A stretch of DNA of 63,896 nucleotides, counting the filler, from Phoronis australis (taxonomy: Eukaryota; Animalia; Phoronida): NCBI GenBank assembly GCA_002633005.1. It is 6 parts of 6 records of this genome, joined end to end, with 100 filler letters (N's around TTAATTAATTAA, not from the genome) between each part and the next. Parts side by side here need not be neighbours in the genome. Positions count along the whole stretch, not along the records: positions 38,052 to 43,379 come from NMRA01002363.1; positions 43,480 to 57,377 come from NMRA01000470.1; 4 more parts are not named here. One strand, given 5' to 3'. Under the pieces are notes generated by a model, which saw nothing but the letters and a program-made list of their open reading frames with translations, was not told the origin of the DNA and did no database searches. The translations under genes and the position numbers were made by a program. Below are positions 40,748 to 51,785 of the stretch, one piece after another (position 1 is the stretch's first letter; each line of letters opens with the position of its first letter).

Positions 40748-41382
40748 ACAGTACACACCATGGATTTTTGCACATTTTGATTTACCGGTGGCCACAGACT
40801 AAATGTAAGACGTAAAATTTAGCTAAACCCATGTTTATTTTGTGTCATTAGCTCAAAATTTTGATTTTTCTTTCAATTTTGCCAATTTTCACATTTCTCG
40901 CCATGTGACGTCATGGGTTGAACACAAGAGATCAGTGACTAGCATTGAACAATGGCGGAGACCAGGGAATTTGAAAGTGACGACGATTATGAGCAAGAAT
41001 TGAACGAATACTATGAAGAAACGTATGAGAATGGTGACCAGGATGAGGAAATGGGGTTGCACGAAAGCGAGAACAAGTTTAATGTGCTTCCGGCTGCGTA
41101 CTTTTCTACTTTGAGCCTGATGAACTGGATCCTCCCGCGAGAGAAGCGGCCTCGGGCTCGGCGAGTCAACCCAGTCATCCAACAGACGATCCTGAATTAA
41201 GAGCTGATGTTTCTGAATGATAAATATTGTCCTTTATTGAACCAGGCATTCATCGTCTCCTGTGACTGGAGTCGAAACACGAGTCCTCAAAGTGGGCAGA
41301 ACACAGAGTGGCCCCGGACCGAATCGCTTTGTCCACGATGACGTCCCACACTCTCGTTCGGCGCACGAAGTCATGCCACTTC
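40748..41382. mobile_element. Second Kolobok deletion derivative (KolX N-terminus +, THAP fragment -)
   Basis: Follows TTAA at 40744. + strand: acidic MAETREFESDDD..., frameshifted YFEPDELD...ELRADVSE(W). - strand (41250-41382): KWHDFVRRTRVW...LCSAHFEDSCF (THAP). Right end lost in a gap. Confidence 0.65.
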
Positions 41383-41772
41383 NNNNNNNNNNNNNNNNNN
41401 NNNNNNNNNNNNNNNNNNNNNNNNNNNNNNNNNNNNNNNNNNNNNNNNNNNNNNNTTAGGATTCGAAACAATCCGAGGCGCGTAGCGCCGAGGAGAAGGA
41501 AGGTCGCGAGAGGGTTTCCCTCCTCCCGTGTAAGATTTTTTGGGATTTTTAGTAGCTAATTTCGTTTTTCTGGCGATTTTTTTTCCAGTTTTTATTTTTG
41601 ATCCTGTCCCGAGGGAGGGGGGTTTAAACCCCCTGAACCCCCCCTGTAGATCCGCCTCTGCTTTTCAGGAAATTGTTAATTGTTTACCCTGGATTTGACA
41701 CATCGGCTGGCCCGTTGAGATCTTACTTTGCATCCAAGAGCGAACGCCCATCACTCGCGAGCTGGTGCAAAG

Positions 41773-42543
41773 ATATACACAAAACGTACCGAGAGCGGCG
41801 TACATGAAGTAATATCTCACAAGACATTATCCCGCGTATCGACCGAGACCGAAGGTCGAGCTCGATACGCGGAATAAGGTCGAGTGGGAATGGGATATTA
41901 CTTCATGAACGCCAATTGAGGTACGTTTTGTATTTATCCCATGCGCTTCGAATCCCTAAGTTTCTGGCATTTTTTTCGGCAGATTTTTCAAATACTTCAT
42001 CCAGACATGGCGGATCACATCCTACAGTGTATATGTATGTACGTGCGCGTTAGGTTTCAAGTTTTCTCTTGTAAAAGAAACAGTTTTAGAAGTAACGATT
42101 TATTTCTTGAAAAGAGGTAGCAAAGATGAAAACAACGGCAACTGAGCAGTGAACTCGTAACATCTCCTGGAAATAGTTAAAAAACAACAATATTTGATAT
42201 TTCAATTTCCTAGTAATCGGCGCCTGAGTTGCAGACGAGATACTATTCAGCAATTGAAAACTGAGACACAAGTGTCTTATAATTAACAGTTTTGTTCCAG
42301 ATTTTAGGTTTAGGGCCTGGTTGCATGTCGAGTGTTAGTTACACTGTTGCAACTGTGTTACTTTAAACTATATTCGGAAAGTTTGATGATCGAACCGGCT
42401 CAGAAGACGTCGAGTCTACATTGTCCTACCTTTTGAACTTTCCATGTCAGAGGTCGCTGTTAAAATAGTGCGGGAGCTGAATACGGAAAACTTTAGTTCA
42501 TGGCTGTATTTCCCTCGACAGATTCAACGCGCGTGGGATAAAA
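41773..42543 (+). mobile_element. Non-autonomous element with terminal hairpin plus inverted repeats, copy 2
   Basis: ~165-bp hairpin ACAAAACGTACC...GGTACGTTTTGT, then body homologous to 23009-23623. Confidence 0.75.
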
Positions 42544-43244
42544 ATTTTGTCTAGCTAATCGATAATCTGTTTGCTGAAATAGGTTGAAGTTTGATTATTA
42601 GTTTGCTGTAATGGTTTTAAGAAAATTGCTTCAGCAAATAACCTACGTGTTTTTCAATAGATCTGGCGTCAGTCGGTTGTATTGACGAATCATTTTAATT
42701 GCATAATATGGCGAATTCTTGTATGTGTGAATTGATGAAGAATTTCGATGGAAAAGTTTTGTCATCTAGTGAGGCAAATTTTGACGCGTTCGCGTATCGC
42801 GTGTTCATCGCGCATGTGGGGTGTATGCTGTACGTGTTTCCCTTGTGCCCTACGTAGATGGACGGTTTTGCTTTGGACTCTAGCAGAATGCTGCACCTAA
42901 AGCGTAATACCAAACGTATCTTCTAAGTTTATGTATTGTAAATTGACTTATGGAGTCACTCACCGGCAGAATATTCCAATTAAATTCACCTCTTGTCGTG
43001 AAGGGATTTATCACAAACCTGTTGAGGAGAAATAATGTGTGCGCTCGATTGACTATGCCGGGTTCGCCGTGTCTACCGGCTGGGTCTACTTGTTGATCCT
43101 CGTTGACGTCTTCTGGCTTACAAAACAATCTTATGTCTCAGCCCGATGATTCGGTGGACGAAGTGAATCAAGCGCAGCCCATGAAATACTGACGTGTACA
43201 CTTCCTTCTGAAACGGGTACTGTATACGTGCACTCTTTTTTCAG

Positions 43245-43341
43245 TTTGCAAGACGTGCATCGTCAAGTATTTGAAGACCTGCAAATATTGCCCAATATGT
43301 GAGGTTCTTGTCCATAAGACCAAGCCGCTGCTCAATGTCAG
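43245..43341 (+). CDS. BMI1: Polycomb group RING finger (BMI1/PCGF2-4/Psc type) internal exon
   Basis: ttttcag|97 bp|gtacgg encoding [33 protein letters not shown], closely matching BMI1 [33 protein letters not shown]. Not in the ORF track. Confidence 0.9.
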
Positions 43342-43479
43342 GTACGGAAATGTGTGTTGTGCGCTGCAGTGTGAAATAANNNNNNNNNNNNNNNNNNNNN
43401 NNNNNNNNNNNNNNNNNNNNNNNTTAATTAATTAANNNNNNNNNNNNNNNNNNNNNNNNNNNNNNNNNNNNNNNNNNNN

Positions 43480-43704
43480 TGCCACTAGGGGGCACACCGG
43501 TAGTCGGATCCGTCCGAAAGTTCGCACATGCCGTCCCATTCATGAATGGAACATATGTACCAAATTTCATGAACGTATGTCAAAGGGTTTTGGAGATAGA
43601 GCAGCGGACGCCGGACGCCAGACGCCGGACGGACGGACGGACGGACGAACGGACAGAGATGACGGCATAATGCGTCCACATATAAATATGTGGGCGCATA
43701 AAAA
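43480..43704 (+). mobile_element. Helentron-associated (HINE/DINE-like) element end
   Basis: CCACTAGGGGGC and CCAAATTTCA motifs, (GGAC)n microsatellite, hairpin TGCGTCCACATAT/ATATGTGGGCGCA, terminal A run. Confidence 0.6.
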
Positions 43705-45570
43705 TGCTTGGTCTATACATTTTTTGTAAAAAAATCTGTGTTTGGGGGGGATTGCTGGTGTTGGGGGGTTACGCGTCGGAATCATGGACGCCCTGGACTA
43801 TTGGGAACCCTATTTTGGACACCCTATTTTTGAAATCCTGGATAAAGGCCTGCGCGGACCACGCCGTAAAATTAATTTTCAGACTCCAATAGAGAGAATC
43901 TTGTTCCGGTTGAAGCGAGCAATTAAAACCAAATTATTTCGGTTGGCTAAAAAGGGTTGTTAGAGTATGATCTCATATCCGGGTGATTTAGGATGAGTGC
44001 ATGTGTAAGAGTAGTTCAGAGAATTAAATATTACCGGTATGTCATACACCCCCAACATGAGGAGTTGTAGTAAACATGTTTGTTCAGTATATCCTGTTAT
44101 GATTCGTGTATGTCACTATATAAGTGTACGATCATATGGATTGTAACAGACTCAGAAGTATCAGTAGACGAGTATGTAATAAAACTATATTATCCTCCAT
44201 CAGACTTGTATTATCCTTGGACCGTGTTCTCACACTGCATCGAGCATTCAACGTTCCTAACCGAACAGAATGCCTTTCACTGCTAGCACATCAACAAGGG
44301 TACACGGTAAGAGGTAGTGATAGCCAGAAAGTCACCTCCACTAGATGGCGCTTGCCTCACAAAATCGTATTACAATAACATATCGTACTATTGCAGTCTT
44401 TCAATATCTTATTACTACAAACACTCAGGTTAGCGACTGTGCTGGTGTATGCTGCTACTCCCTACAATTTAAGTGTTTCATCATAAGCGCTCATTGCTCT
44501 ACTAAGCATTACCCCTTAACTTTTGAGAATTTCCAAGTAAGCATGCAAAGCTCAGGCTAGCTCCTAGCCATCATAGCGCACTATAAACAATTGCACGTGG
44601 TTTGAAATTGCCACACAGCCTATAGTGAGTCACTTTAATTTTACACAACAAATTCAGTCAAAGAAAACATCTTTTTACTCCTCTGAAAGAAAGTAAGACA
44701 TGTGTGTCATTTTGTGATTGACTTATTTTTCCCGTACATGGAAGGTACTTGAATTACCCGATGGAAACCTGCACGGATTCAGGAATTATTTTGAGGCTTT
44801 TTATATCATTGAAAACTAATTTGCTGAGTACTTAAACAGCACAAGTCCAGCATTTTTGTTGTGAAATTTGCTCCGATTTGTACCCGCGCATCAGCATACG
44901 CCATTGGGCTACAACAATTAATGTTTCCTGGATTTTTTCGACGTCAAGTTAAGTTGCAAAGTTTGAGTTGCGAATAAAAAATGGTGGGAGTTTGCACTCA
45001 GTGTTAGTTTGGATCTTTAACGACACTGATGACAGTCACATAGCAGGTCAGATCTAGCAAAATCGCTGATACTTTTTCACCGAATATTTTTTCCCTTAAT
45101 CCGCAATGCAAACTATATATATATATATATAGCTACTCGCACGTACCGGCTAGAGAGCACTGATTCATCAGCCTTTGAATGTTGGTTGTGAAGAGCAGTA
45201 GCACCGTACCTGCATGTAGGAACTCACTTTTGAGATCTGGCAGTTTATGAATGCAAGCTGAACTTAGAAAATGCAACCTGGGATTTTGGCTAGATCGCAA
45301 AATGAATAGCCTTGGTACAAAGCTGTATACTAAATAAACAGCTTTACACCGATGTGTGTACAAAAGTGGTGAGATAAAATCTGACACAAAATTAGTGTCA
45401 TTAAAAAGTACAGTCTTCCTTGAGTAAACTAAATTATTTACAGTATTGGAAAAAATGGCGTTCTACCGATATTCTGCTGCTAAAGTTCTGGAGCGATCTT
45501 TAGCAACGGCTTTCGGCACCATGAAATAATGCGTCACCTATTGACCAGTTTCTTTTTTCGCCAATTCTTC

Positions 45571-46079
45571 TGTTGTAGATGTGCTTCCGGTGAATTATAT
45601 GAGCCTCTGTTAGCTACTCACTAATGGGCAATTGCCTATTAGCTGAATGGTTAGCACGCTTGCCGGTTTTATGGGGGTCGCTGGTTCGATTCCCGAGTCG
45701 GGTGATCTCGGCTATTACTACAAATGACGTAGTCGGCAAACGGATGATCTACTGATGAAGCACTGCCAACTAGGGATGACGCGTGTGGAAGGTTCCAGGA
45801 GTCAAGGACCTGTATGAGAGACTACCTTGTGCTCACCTGTGTTGTGGTGGTAAAGGTACCAAGGGACGTTGATGACCTGTATGCGAGACATCCTGGTGTT
45901 CACCTTCCTGGTCGCGTGCCCGTTCCGTAGGGGAAGGGGGGAATGTTGTAGATGTGCTTCTGGTGAGTTAGCTACTCGCTAACGGGCAATTGCCTATTAG
46001 CTGAATGGTTAGCACGCTTGCCGGTATTATGGGGTCGCTGGTTCGATTCCAGAGTCGGGTGATCTCGGCTATTACTACA
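45571..46079 (+). mobile_element. TRIM (509 bp) with tRNA-like Pol III unit in both LTRs
   Basis: LTRs 45571-45722 and 45944-46079 (TGTTGTA...TACTACA), TSD CTTC, PBS TGACGTAGTCGGCA (45725-45738, tRNA-Ser with one mismatch), PPT AGGGGAAGGGGGGAA. Confidence 0.92.
45633..45705 (+). promoter_or_regulatory. tRNA-like A-box/B-box internal Pol III promoter in LTR (second copy ~45991-46062)
   Basis: A box TAGCTGAATGG and B box GGTTCGATTCC at tRNA-like spacing; acceptor stem degenerate. Confidence 0.7.
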
Positions 46080-46402
46080 CTTCAATCAACTGTTGTTCTT
46101 TCACGAGGTTGTGTACACGTCACAACAAATTATTGGAACTGCATGTTTCACTTCATTATAAGTTTTTAGATTTTTGATACTGAAAAACTGAATTTCAGAA
46201 GAATTTTTGGTGCTGCCAAGCTATCATCATCTCCCGAGACATTTCGCAAAAAATTAGGAAATGGCGTGAGCGCGTGTCACGAGCGTACTGTTGGGAAAGG
46301 CGGAGAGTTGCGCAAGAAAATGATGTTCACTTCATTGCATTGTTTTTCAACTTTTTCACATAAACAGTTGTAACGGGCAAGGTGAGTGTCGGTTGATTCA
46401 CA

Positions 46403-48029
46403 TGTTGTAATCGTCAACATTCGCCCTTTATCTTTCTGTGGTGTCTTGTGATTTGTCAGTTTTATGGTTCCCCGGATGCTTGTTTTATTTAAACTGCTGG
46501 CGGGAACCCTGCTGGCAGTCTTTCAACAAGCAATCAGGATGTCAGGGATGGGCACCTGGATTGGGTTTTACTGGAGCTTGAATAGCTGGGTTTTAACTGG
46601 TGAGTACTTCTGGAGGCCTAACTAGTGAACCTGCAGTAATACAACAATTGGCGTAGTCGGCACTGATTAGGTTTTTCTAGGAGTATTCAACCACTTTTCT
46701 TGAAAACCTTTGCCTGACCAGGGCATTTTCCGTAGGTCCGGGGGGGAAGGTTGGATAGGGGAGTGGTATCGTGCTAGCGGGTTGCTGGTACGGTGGCCAA
46801 GTGGCCTCTTGGGGTTGGTGGTTTAACTGGGTTTTTATCCTTTGGGTTTTGGGTATTTATTTATTTATTACGTCCGTATAGTTGGTGAGTTTAGGCTTAG
46901 ACATTGTTTTGGTTGTATCATTGAATTGAACACCATTCCACTGACCTAATACTTTCTCCTTACAACTAAGTCCCTTATTTATTATCATACCCCTGATATT
47001 TATTTATTTATTTATTTATTATGTCCGTGTAGTTGGGGAACTTAGGCTGAGGCAGTGTCTTGGTTATGTCATTGGACACCATTTCATTGACCTAATACTT
47101 TCTCCCTACAACTAATTCCCCTATTTATCATCGTATCCCTAGTGCGTGGTTAACCTGGGTGCGGTACTTTCATGTCCGTCCCAGTTGCCAGGAGGCCTAT
47201 GTTTAGTGGAGGGTCAGTCACATTTCTCTGTGAACCTATCCATTTTAGGTCTGTGTCCAAGGCGTTCCCTTCGGGTTGGAATTTGTCTGCCTGGCCACCA
47301 CCCGAAGCACGTCAAAATGTAATATTCTAGTAGCAATTAAGGGTGGCATGCGTGTATCATGGTAGTGCAGGGTTTATTTTGAGAACTCCACTAGAAATGC
47401 ACGTGTCCTATACCCTTTTGCAACTACAAGTCCGGGGAGTCTCCCTAGCGAGAACTTTTTCCGTTAGGTGACTGCTCTCCCGCCCTGGGGGGGTGGGTTG
47501 GGATCCTGCTAGGTTTTCTCTTTATGAGTTACTTCATGTGTTTGGGATGTGCTCGCATTCTGAACTCTTTTTATTATTGTTGGTACTTCTATATTTAACC
47601 TGTGTACGTTATTCTCTGCTTCTAGGGCAACTGTCCTTGTCATTCTAACACTCTAGGTCTATTTAGGAGTGGCTTTATTTTTGATAAGGGGGGATATGGT
47701 TAAATTTTTGGGAAGTTTTTTGTATCTGGCGAATGATGTTGATTCCCAGGTGGGTCCCACACTTTTTTAGGGAGGAGGGGAATGTTGTAAACGTCAACAT
47801 CATTCGTCCTTTATCTTTCTGTGGTGTCTTGTGATTTGTCAGTTTTATGGTTCCTCGGATGCTTGTTTTATTTAAACTGCTGGCGGGAACCCTGCTGGCA
47901 GTCTTTCAGCAAGCAATCAGGATGTCAAGGATGGGCACCTGGATTGGGTTTTACTGGAGCTTGAATAGCTGGGTTTTAACTGGTGAGTACTTCTAGAGGC
48001 CTAACTAGTGAACCTGCAGTAATACAACA
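46403..48029 (+). mobile_element. Non-coding LTR retroelement (1.6 kb, TRIM/LARD-like)
   Basis: Near-identical LTRs 46403-46646 and 47783-48029 (TGTTGTA...TACAACA), TSD CACA, PBS TGGCGTAGTCGGCA (46649-46662, tRNA-Ser), PPT AGGGAGGAGGGGAA. No ORF; internal ~160-bp tandem duplication ~46855-47140. Confidence 0.93.
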
Positions 48030-49124
48030 CACAGATAGTTGACGAGCAAAACTACCCTGGCTGTGTGCAATTTCGGGGTCAACGGAAGAAATACACACAG
48101 TGGTACCTAGCTCTATTTTGACGACAGTCTTCATACAGCTAGCTGGCTGGCTACATAATTGTCATAATGAAATGCGACCTGGCGATTTTCATAGCGTCGA
48201 GCCCTGCTTGTACATACACATCTCACCATTGCACTTTTAATTTCGTAGCATGCGCCACTTCAGAACCCTCGACTTCGAGAGTGAAGGGTTTCAATGGAGA
48301 TATAGTGAACTGGGCGTTTGAATAACGATTGATACCGTGATCATACCTTTCAGTCGTAGTAAACATCAGCGCCATGATTGCGGAAGTGAGATTGGTTGTT
48401 ATAACAATCTACCAATAGAGGTCTCGCAAGTCTTCACGTGTGACCTTTTTCCTAGAAACTTTGCCTCCTCACACCCTCCAAAGTCCAAAGAGGCGAAAGG
48501 AGCGATAATGTGCTATATTTATCCCATTGGGATAGCCTCTGGAAAATGAAATCTCGCGCGATGTGATTGTTACATGGTGACTTGCCTCGTCCGCAAGGCG
48601 AATCGTGAATCAGCTCTACGGTGCATTATAATATAATATAGGCTAAAAAGTTAAGATACAAATTACAATTCCTTGTATTTTCGCTGAGCGAAAAGTGACT
48701 GTGTCGCAATAGGCCTACCAAAACATGAGGCACCATGCATAGTCGATAATCTATGTCACGAGGAACTTGATCGTCTTGAGCGCGGCGTACTCTCAGCTTA
48801 CATTTTACAACTCACAAGGCATAATGATACAGGTGAGTTAAAAGGACACTGAACCCTGTTTTGGTGACCAGGGTGTGTTGGTGACGAAGGAGTGGGTAAA
48901 ATTGGTGGCGACCCCGGTCAGGGGCGTCACATAGACAGTAGGGCCTTCTCATCTGGCCGTGGGCGTGGTGGGACGCCAGTAGACAGTGCACCGCCTAGGC
49001 TATAGCCTAGGCTAGCTGGCCAGCGACGACGGAAGCTTTTCAGCGAATTAGCTTAACACTGATTAAGATATCAAAGTTATACAGAGTAAGTACCTTTTGC
49101 GCATCGAAGGACACCTTAGCCTTA

Positions 49125-49400
49125 GGAGACCGTCAATTATTTTGTCTTTAATTCCTTCCAACTCGAACAAATACCCCCATTATCAAACTTTTCTTCAAGC
49201 TTTCAGTCCTTCGTTCAGTTCCCAGAATAGGAAACTGGGCATTTTTACACAGCCTGTACCAGGGGATATGACATCAGTGTTAAAAATGGCCAATTGCCTA
49301 TTTGAGCTACTGAACGAAGGACTGCTTGAAGAAAAAGTTTGATTTTACTGGAGTATTATTTGTTCAAGTTGGAAGGATATAAAAGACATCAACGGCCTCC
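49125..49400. mobile_element. Small TWA-flanked MITE
   Basis: TTA|GGAGACCGTCAAT ... ATCAACGGCCTCC|TAA imperfect TIR. Confidence 0.5.
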
Positions 49401-49403
49401 TAA

Positions 49404-50863
49404 GGTAGGGAGGACAACTTTTTAATTTGTTTTGCAATACCCATGTGTTATACATTTTTGAAAAGCCCTTGGTGTGAGAAATGAAATGGTGCAAAAATTG
49501 GGTAGCGGTTACCGAGAAAATGGTCGTTGAAACGCGACGATTATGCGTAAAATATCTGCCTTTTTACATAATTTCATAACAAATAAAAGAATATACATAT
49601 GCTGCATATAAAAAATCGACTCATTGAGACAAACATGGTCACCGGGTGGGTGTGTATTATATAAAATTTGGATCGATTTCTACAGAGATATTGCTGTTTA
49701 AATGTGTTGTTAGCATATGGAACAGGCTTGATGAAAACAATGGATTGCACAGCTTAAAAGGTAAAGAGCAAAAAACAACACATCAGCTCAGATATAAATA
49801 CATCTGAGCTAGGAGGAAATTTCACATCAAACCACAAGACAACATTGGTGGATTTGGGGAGGGGCAAGGGGGCCAGCCTGTGCCCNGAGGGTGCAAATAT
49901 CTTACGGGTAAAATCCTGCGTAATGCTCTTCCCTGGCCCCTCCTATCTAAAAATCCTAGATCTGCCCCTGAATATACTACTACTTGGACAACACATCATG
50001 GCCTGACAGGGGGCTGGGGAAGGCCGGGCTATTGCTCCCCCCCACTTTTTTCTGAGTGCTGGGTGCCACCCATGTACTATTAGATCGTATCATAGCAAAA
50101 AACATCAGAAAGTAGACAAAAGACCATTTGGTAAAACAAATCACTCGATCTTGACATGAAGGATTTCATCATTTACGCAACAAAAAATCTTTGTAACAAC
50201 TTTATTTCGAACGGTGAAATTGCGATGCCATTGAACTTCAACGTAGCCACTCGCGGCGCTGACGTGTGGTGACTTAGTGAACTAACGATTGCTGTTTGAA
50301 AAGTGCCAATGCGCAGCAGTTTGACAGAATTTCTGAAAAAGAATTAATTAATAATTAAAAGAGTGATCAATTCTTCAACTAAAAATCGGGGGGGGGNGGG
50401 CATATTGCGCAACTGGAAAAACATCAATCTCCCGACCGATCAAAATTAGGCCTTCCGGACAATCAAAAACTCGCCATGAAAACTTGGCCTTGACTTCGAG
50501 AAAACAACTTGAGGGGATGCGCACGCAACTAAACTACATCCTGTCCAAATTTCATGTTTGTATTCAAGAGTATAGTGCTATTTTGGGCAGGAGGAACTAG
50601 AGGCACTTTTTCGAAAGTTGATCGCATGGTGGAAAATCGCGTGCTAAATTTAAAAAAAGCTTACAAAAATGATTTATCAGCGATAATTCAGCGACAAAAA
50701 GATTACAAACTTACAAATAAAGACTAAGGTAACAATTTGTAACACAAAATTGTCTTATACTTAACTTTGAAGTCTGAAATCGGGCAATTTACCGACATGG
50801 GTTTTACACGGAGGCAGATATTAATGGAGCACCGTGACCTACTTTTCGATTGTCCTCTCTACC
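49404..50863. mobile_element. Harbinger-type non-autonomous element with TAA TSD, followed by a tandem second copy from 50867
   Basis: TAA|GGTAGGGAGGACAA ... TTGTCCTCTCTACC|TAA. 50867-51945 repeats 49404-49930. Confidence 0.7.
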
Positions 50864-51304
50864 TAAGTTAGCGAGGACAACATTTTTTTAGATTTTTTTT
50901 ACAATGGCCATGTGTCATACATTTTTGGAAAGCCTTTGGTGTCAGAAATGAAATGGTACAAAAATCATAAAAATTGGGTGAGCGGTTACCGAGAAAATGG
51001 CTGTTGAAACGCGGCGATTATATGCGTAAAATTTCTGCCTTTTTACATAATTTCGTAAAAAATAAAAGAATATACATGTACTGCATATCAAAAGATTCAT
51101 CTCATTGAGACAAACATGGTGGTATGTATTATATAAAATTTGAATCGATTTCTTCAGAGATATTGCTGTTTAAGTGTGTGATAACATATGGAACAGGATC
51201 AAGCATCAACCCCATGTTTGATGAAAACAATGGATTACACAGCTTAAAAAGAAAAGTGCAAAGACAACACGTTAGCTTAGAAATAAATACATCTGAGCTA
51301 GGAG

Positions 51305-51785
51305 CAGGCCTTTATCCAGGATTTCGAAAATAAGGTGTCCAAAATGGGGTTCCCAATATTCCAGGGCACCCATGATTCCGACGCGTAACCCCCCACCCCA
51401 AGCAATCCCCCTTAAACACACTGATTTTTTTACAAAAAAATGCGTAGACCAAGGTTTTTACATCTAAGTTTACAAAACCTTCTCTAGTGAGCATTTTTAC
51501 TACCATAAAATGTAGACTTTTACAATGCTATCAACCAAGTGTAAGCATAGCAACATTTTATATACTTTGTATATACATTGTATATTTCTTCCTGCTTTGA
51601 AAAAAGAGCCCCCACTGTGAGCCTTCAGAGGCTTCCTAGTATTCATTACAATGTGTGAGTCCCAACTTGAAAGGTTCCTATTGACAGTGGGCGTCCAAAT
51701 GATATTGGGCGTCCTTGCCAGGGTGTCCAGATTAGTGATAGGGCGTCCATTTGGACGCCCAGGACGTACGCTGCATAAAGGCCTG
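51305..51785. mobile_element. hAT-type MITE with 8-bp TSD
   Basis: TIR CAGGCCTTTAT; TSD GCTAGGAG at 51297-51304 and 51786-51793. Empty site visible in the paralogous copy ~49807-49815. Inverted partial copies at ~43705-43851 and ~52590-52850. Confidence 0.9.

Noticed and set aside
45633-45705. Functional tRNA gene
   Set aside because: Acceptor and anticodon stems do not pair properly, and it is part of an LTR.
45752-45795. Hammerhead ribozyme (retrozyme) suggested by CTGATGA in the TRIM interior
   Set aside because: No GAAA after a convincing stem II, and no stem I/III with a UH cleavage site.
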